Positions 60,080-64,000 of a stretch of 64,000 bases of DNA are shown piece after piece. Within the stretch, counting starts at the first letter, position 1. Every line of letters begins with the position of its first letter. The translations under genes and the position numbers were made by a program. The notes beneath the pieces are model-generated. The model was given only the letters and a program-made list of their open reading frames with translations. It was not told the DNA's origin and ran no database searches. The stretch comes from the human T2T-CHM13v2.0 reference genome, Homo sapiens: the NCBI RefSeq assembly GCF_009914755.1, contig NC_060934.1, one strand, 5' to 3'.

Positions 60080-60700
60080 TGCAGGCGGTGACACCTGCGC
60101 TGTGCCCTGAGAGATGAGGCGTTACGCGGACTTGGGGGAAGGGACGTGGGGAAGTTGGTGCTGGCCAGGCGCGGCGGCGGGAAAGGCCCTGGGCAAAGGG
60201 GCCCAGAGGGGCGGCGGAAAGTGGAGCGGGGCTGTAGGTGTCAGCAGAGACGCGGCTTTGGGGCCGGCACGGCCCGCCCCTCGGCCCGCGCGGCCATTGT
60301 CTGCGCCAGGCGCCGCCTTGGCAGCAGAAGGTGACATCTGGTGACTAATGGCCGCGGCTGCGCGCCGCGCTCCTCCCTCCCGCAGCGCCCGGGGCGCAGC
60401 TGCCGCGCCGCCTCCTCCCCACTCTTCTCCCCTCCCCTTCCCTCCGCTCTGTGGGCCAGCGCGGGGGCGCGGGGCGGGCAGGATCGATGCCCTGGTTTCC
60501 GAAGGGCAGAGGCCGCCCACCTCCAGCCGGCCGGGCCGCCCCGCCCCGCCCCACCATCGCGCATGCGCGTCCTCCAGAGCGCTCCCTTGGCAGCCAGCCC
60601 GCGAGGACGCGGCTCCCCGCCAGGGGCAGTGCAGGGAACAGTCATGCCTCCCTGCCCCCGGACGGCCTCACTAGCGGCTGCAAACACCGGCCCATACCGG
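60080..60700. promoter_or_regulatory. CpG island with promoter-type motifs
   Basis: Very GC- and CpG-rich; NRF1 palindrome GCGCATGCGC 60559-60568; overlapping GC boxes 60536-60551; SOX-type CATTGT 60295-60300. Confidence 0.9.
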
Positions 60701-63309
60701 AGCCTATATGCATGTGCATTAACTCGCAGGTGCACGAACCCACGGTCACACGTGCTGTCATGCATTGTACACCTGTGCTTGTTCATGCGTGTTCACAGAC
60801 GCATACGTGGGGGCCGTGCTCGCCCACAGACTTACCTCCAAAATGTCTTTGAGTGTGTTCACATAGGTACACGCATCACGTGTGGACTCGCGCAGCCATG
60901 CACTGCTTACACACTCAAATATAGGAACACCCATGGGCATGTCTATATATACACTCACAGGCACAGCAAGTGATGCCCTTGTTCTTGCCAAAGGTTGAGG
61001 GAGGGACAAAGCGCCTAATTTAGATCTGAGACAGGATCTAGTGTGGACTAGGTACCCCTCTTCCCCAGTGTTTACACTACTTATAAATTAGTTGCGTTTG
61101 AGAAACTACATAAAAAACCTGGAGATTTCACCTATAGATCTGGATTTCTGGCTTCTTTTGCAAAATCAGAAGCTCGGGAAAATTAAGGCATACTCCCAGC
61201 TTATCACAATGCGCTGGGGCTGAGCTGCAGGGTATCCCTCAGTCTGTGATTAAAGTTCCCCTACCTCCACCCAAAGGCCCCCTCCCCATGCTGGTTCCTT
61301 CTTCCCTAGCCAGGATTTCCCACGTGGAGCCTCAGCCCTAGCCCTGACTTTGGAGCTGGGCTAACTAGCTTTAGCCCTGATGTCCACAGCAAGGAGATCC
61401 TCTCCACTGTATGATGTTGGGGGGGGGGTGCTGCCAGCCATAAGGAATCCCTCTGCAGTCTGCAAAGTACCCTCTTCACGCAAGGACGTGGTTCACCACA
61501 GCAGAACCACGTGTGGTTCTGCTGACAGCTCCGAGAGCAGAGCGCTAGTGCTTCCATCTTATAGTTGAGAAGATGGCGGCTTGGGAGTAATGATATTACC
61601 ACCTAGTTGGAAAGTGCAGATGGGGTTGCAATCACTGTAGCTGAAGTGTGGGAGGGGGAGCAGGGTTCCTCTACTTTAAGGTGCCCCTGAAGCTGGCTCC
61701 TGCCTGGCTCTGGCACATCTGTCTCCCCTCTCTGATATTGTTCCTCTCAGCCTCTGGCCTGGTGGGGACGCCTGGTTCACTGAGGGAGAGGCCAGTTCCT
61801 GAAGCTTCTGGGTGTCTGCATGATGTCAGGCTCTGGCTAAACTAGCGAGTGGCAGCCCAAGAGGCAGTGGGGAGCTATGTGGATGTTAGTGCCACCCACT
61901 GCCCACCAGTCCTGGTGCCCCTTACTCCTGCATCATCTCATCCACTCAAGGGCTCTGGCTACCTCTGAGGGCTGACACCCTGCCCAGTGGCTCACCTGAG
62001 CGCCTGTCTCACTTATTCTTCTCCACTGGAAATCTGGCATGTCCTTGACTCTCAGCATGTCCAAAGCCAGTCTGTGAAGTGGGGTGACCTCAGGTGGGGT
62101 GTCCAAAGTGGGTATAGCCTGAGCTCAGATCCCAGCTCTCCTTCTCCCTCCCTGTGTGACCCTGGACAAGTAATTGCCCTCTGTGCCTTCAGTGTCCTCC
62201 TCTGCAAACTGAGAACCATAATAGTACCTGCTTTGAGGATTGCCCAGTGAGGATTAATTGAGGAAATTTACACAAAGCAATCTGTGTGGTGCCCAACACA
62301 GATCCGGTGCTCAGTCAATACCAGTGCTTTTTAACTTTAGCTGGTTCTTCCTTCCGCTGCTCCCACCTTGGTTGGTTTGTACTTTCACCAACCCAGGACA
62401 GGATGCTGAGAATTACTCCTGCTCCTCTCTTTGCATCTTCCACACATTCAGTCCTGTCAATTTGACCTCCCCAATATCTCTGGAGTCTGCGCTCTCCTCT
62501 CACCCAGGGTGCCTCTGCTCTGGTTTGGTTTGGTGTCACCTCTGGTCTGCACACTTGTGTCCCCTAGCCAGGTTCCCAGGCTGCAGGCTCCTCGAACTTA
62601 AATCCAGTTTCATTGCTGCCTTTGAAATGCACATGGTGTCACTCCACTCTTAAGGTGCACATCCAAGCTTCATGACCTGGCATTCACTGTGGGTGGCTGA
62701 AAGGATAGCCATGGGTCTAGGGTGAAATTTTAGGAAGTAAAGCTGGATGTGTGCTTTTTCTCTCACCGTCCTGTGTCTGCCAGACCTCACATTTAGCAGC
62801 CAGTGGACCCTTCACTCCCACCTATCATACACATTTTCTCCCCTCCATGCCTTTGCCCAAGCTGTACTCTCTGCCTGGAAATCCCCTTCCCCACAATTCC
62901 AACTCTGCTTTCTGTCTTGAGCTCACCTATCCAGACCCTCCAGCCTCCCTTTATATTCAGTTGTTACCTCTCTCTCATGATCTGCTTAGAGCACCCTGCA
63001 TATATTGCCTTGATTTTGCACTTAACCTCATTTGTCATATTTCTCTGTTTACATACCACCCAGACCAATGCTTCTCAAGCTTTATCAGGCACATGAACCA
63101 CTTGGGGCTCTTTTCCAAATGCAGATTCAGCTGGTCTGGGCTGGTGTCTCTGTATTTTTAACAAGCTCCCTGGTGATGCTAATGGTGCTGGTTCAGGACT
63201 ATATTTTAAATAACAAATACTTGGATAGTGAGTCCCTAGAGGGCAATGACTTGTGTTCAGTTCATCTTGGTATCCCTGGTACCTAGCTAACAGCTTGACA
63301 AATGGAAAA

Positions 63310-64000
63310 TCAATTAAATGCCTACTGAAGTAAACGAATGAATGAATGAATGAACGAAAGGCATCTCATCCAGATGAGAGTGTTGGAAAGTCTTTTGGAG
63401 TTGTTGACACCTGAGTTGCATTGTTAGGGAGGTATAGGAGGGAGCCAGGTAGAGAAGGCAGTGGCGGGTTGAGATACTCCAGGTGAAGGTCAGTGCTAAG
63501 GCATAGGGATGTACAGAAGTGCAGGTGCAGGATAGTGTAGGAATGGAAGACTTGAAGTTCAAGGTGTTGGGGAAAGAGACCAGGTCGCCAATAGCCAGCC
63601 CTGGATTCCGTGCTAGCTTGTTTGATCCTAGAGCCTTTGGAGAATGGCATAATTCCAACCGTGGGCCACTCCTGCAGCAAGCTAGGAAGAAATTCCAGGG
63701 AGGAGATGTAAGACTGGGTAGTCACCTAGGGGACTTCTCAGTCAATGGTGTGGAGATCAGCCCATGGCGGTGAGGATGGAGTCAGGGAACAGATTAAAGA
63801 GAAACTGAGGAGGAAGTATAGACAGAACTTGATGAGTGAGTGGAAAAGAGGGTGAAGGAAGGCCTCCCCCTTTTACTGGGAGGCACCTGGGTGAGTGGTG
63901 GCACTGTAGACCGAGACTGGAGTTCAGGAGGAGGAGGAGCTGGTCTAATGGGAAGGCTGAGAAGTTTAATTTCAAAGCTGGCAGGATGTTAAGAGCCTGT
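63310..64000 (-). mobile_element. L2 fragments
   Basis: gagatactccaggtgaaggtcag, gattaaagagaaactgaggaggaagtatagacagaacttgatgagtga, aagtttaatttc L2-like antisense text. Confidence 0.6.

Noticed and set aside
60114-60973. Long ORFs (up to 210 aa) on both strands
   Set aside because: Stop-codon scarcity in a CpG island; R/P/A/G low complexity; open in many frames.

Overview
Primate, most likely human, euchromatic non-coding DNA: AluY/S/J, THE1/MST/MLT1 MaLR LTRs, an LTR12, MER/Tigger DNA transposons and dense MIR/L2. I find no protein-coding gene, tRNA/rRNA or CRISPR array. Nearly all ORFs in the track are Alu/LTR translations or chance ORFs. The non-repeat signal is regulatory. About a dozen AT-rich, repeat-free islands packed with homeobox/SOX/TALE motifs sit in a GC-rich background. 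Two CpG-retaining non-island patches lie at 5.6-6.6 kb and 17.3-17.5 kb, the second inside a 117-codon ORF ending TAG-TGA-TAA. An orphan CpG island with NRF1 and GC boxes lies at ~60.1-60.7 kb. This resembles a developmental gene-desert enhancer landscape, but I cannot place the locus without an alignment. I found no convincing novel system; weaker candidates (cryptic frameshifted/spliced ORFs) are reported at low interest. Repeat subfamily names come from my recall of consensus sequences, and boundaries are approximate unless TSDs are quoted.
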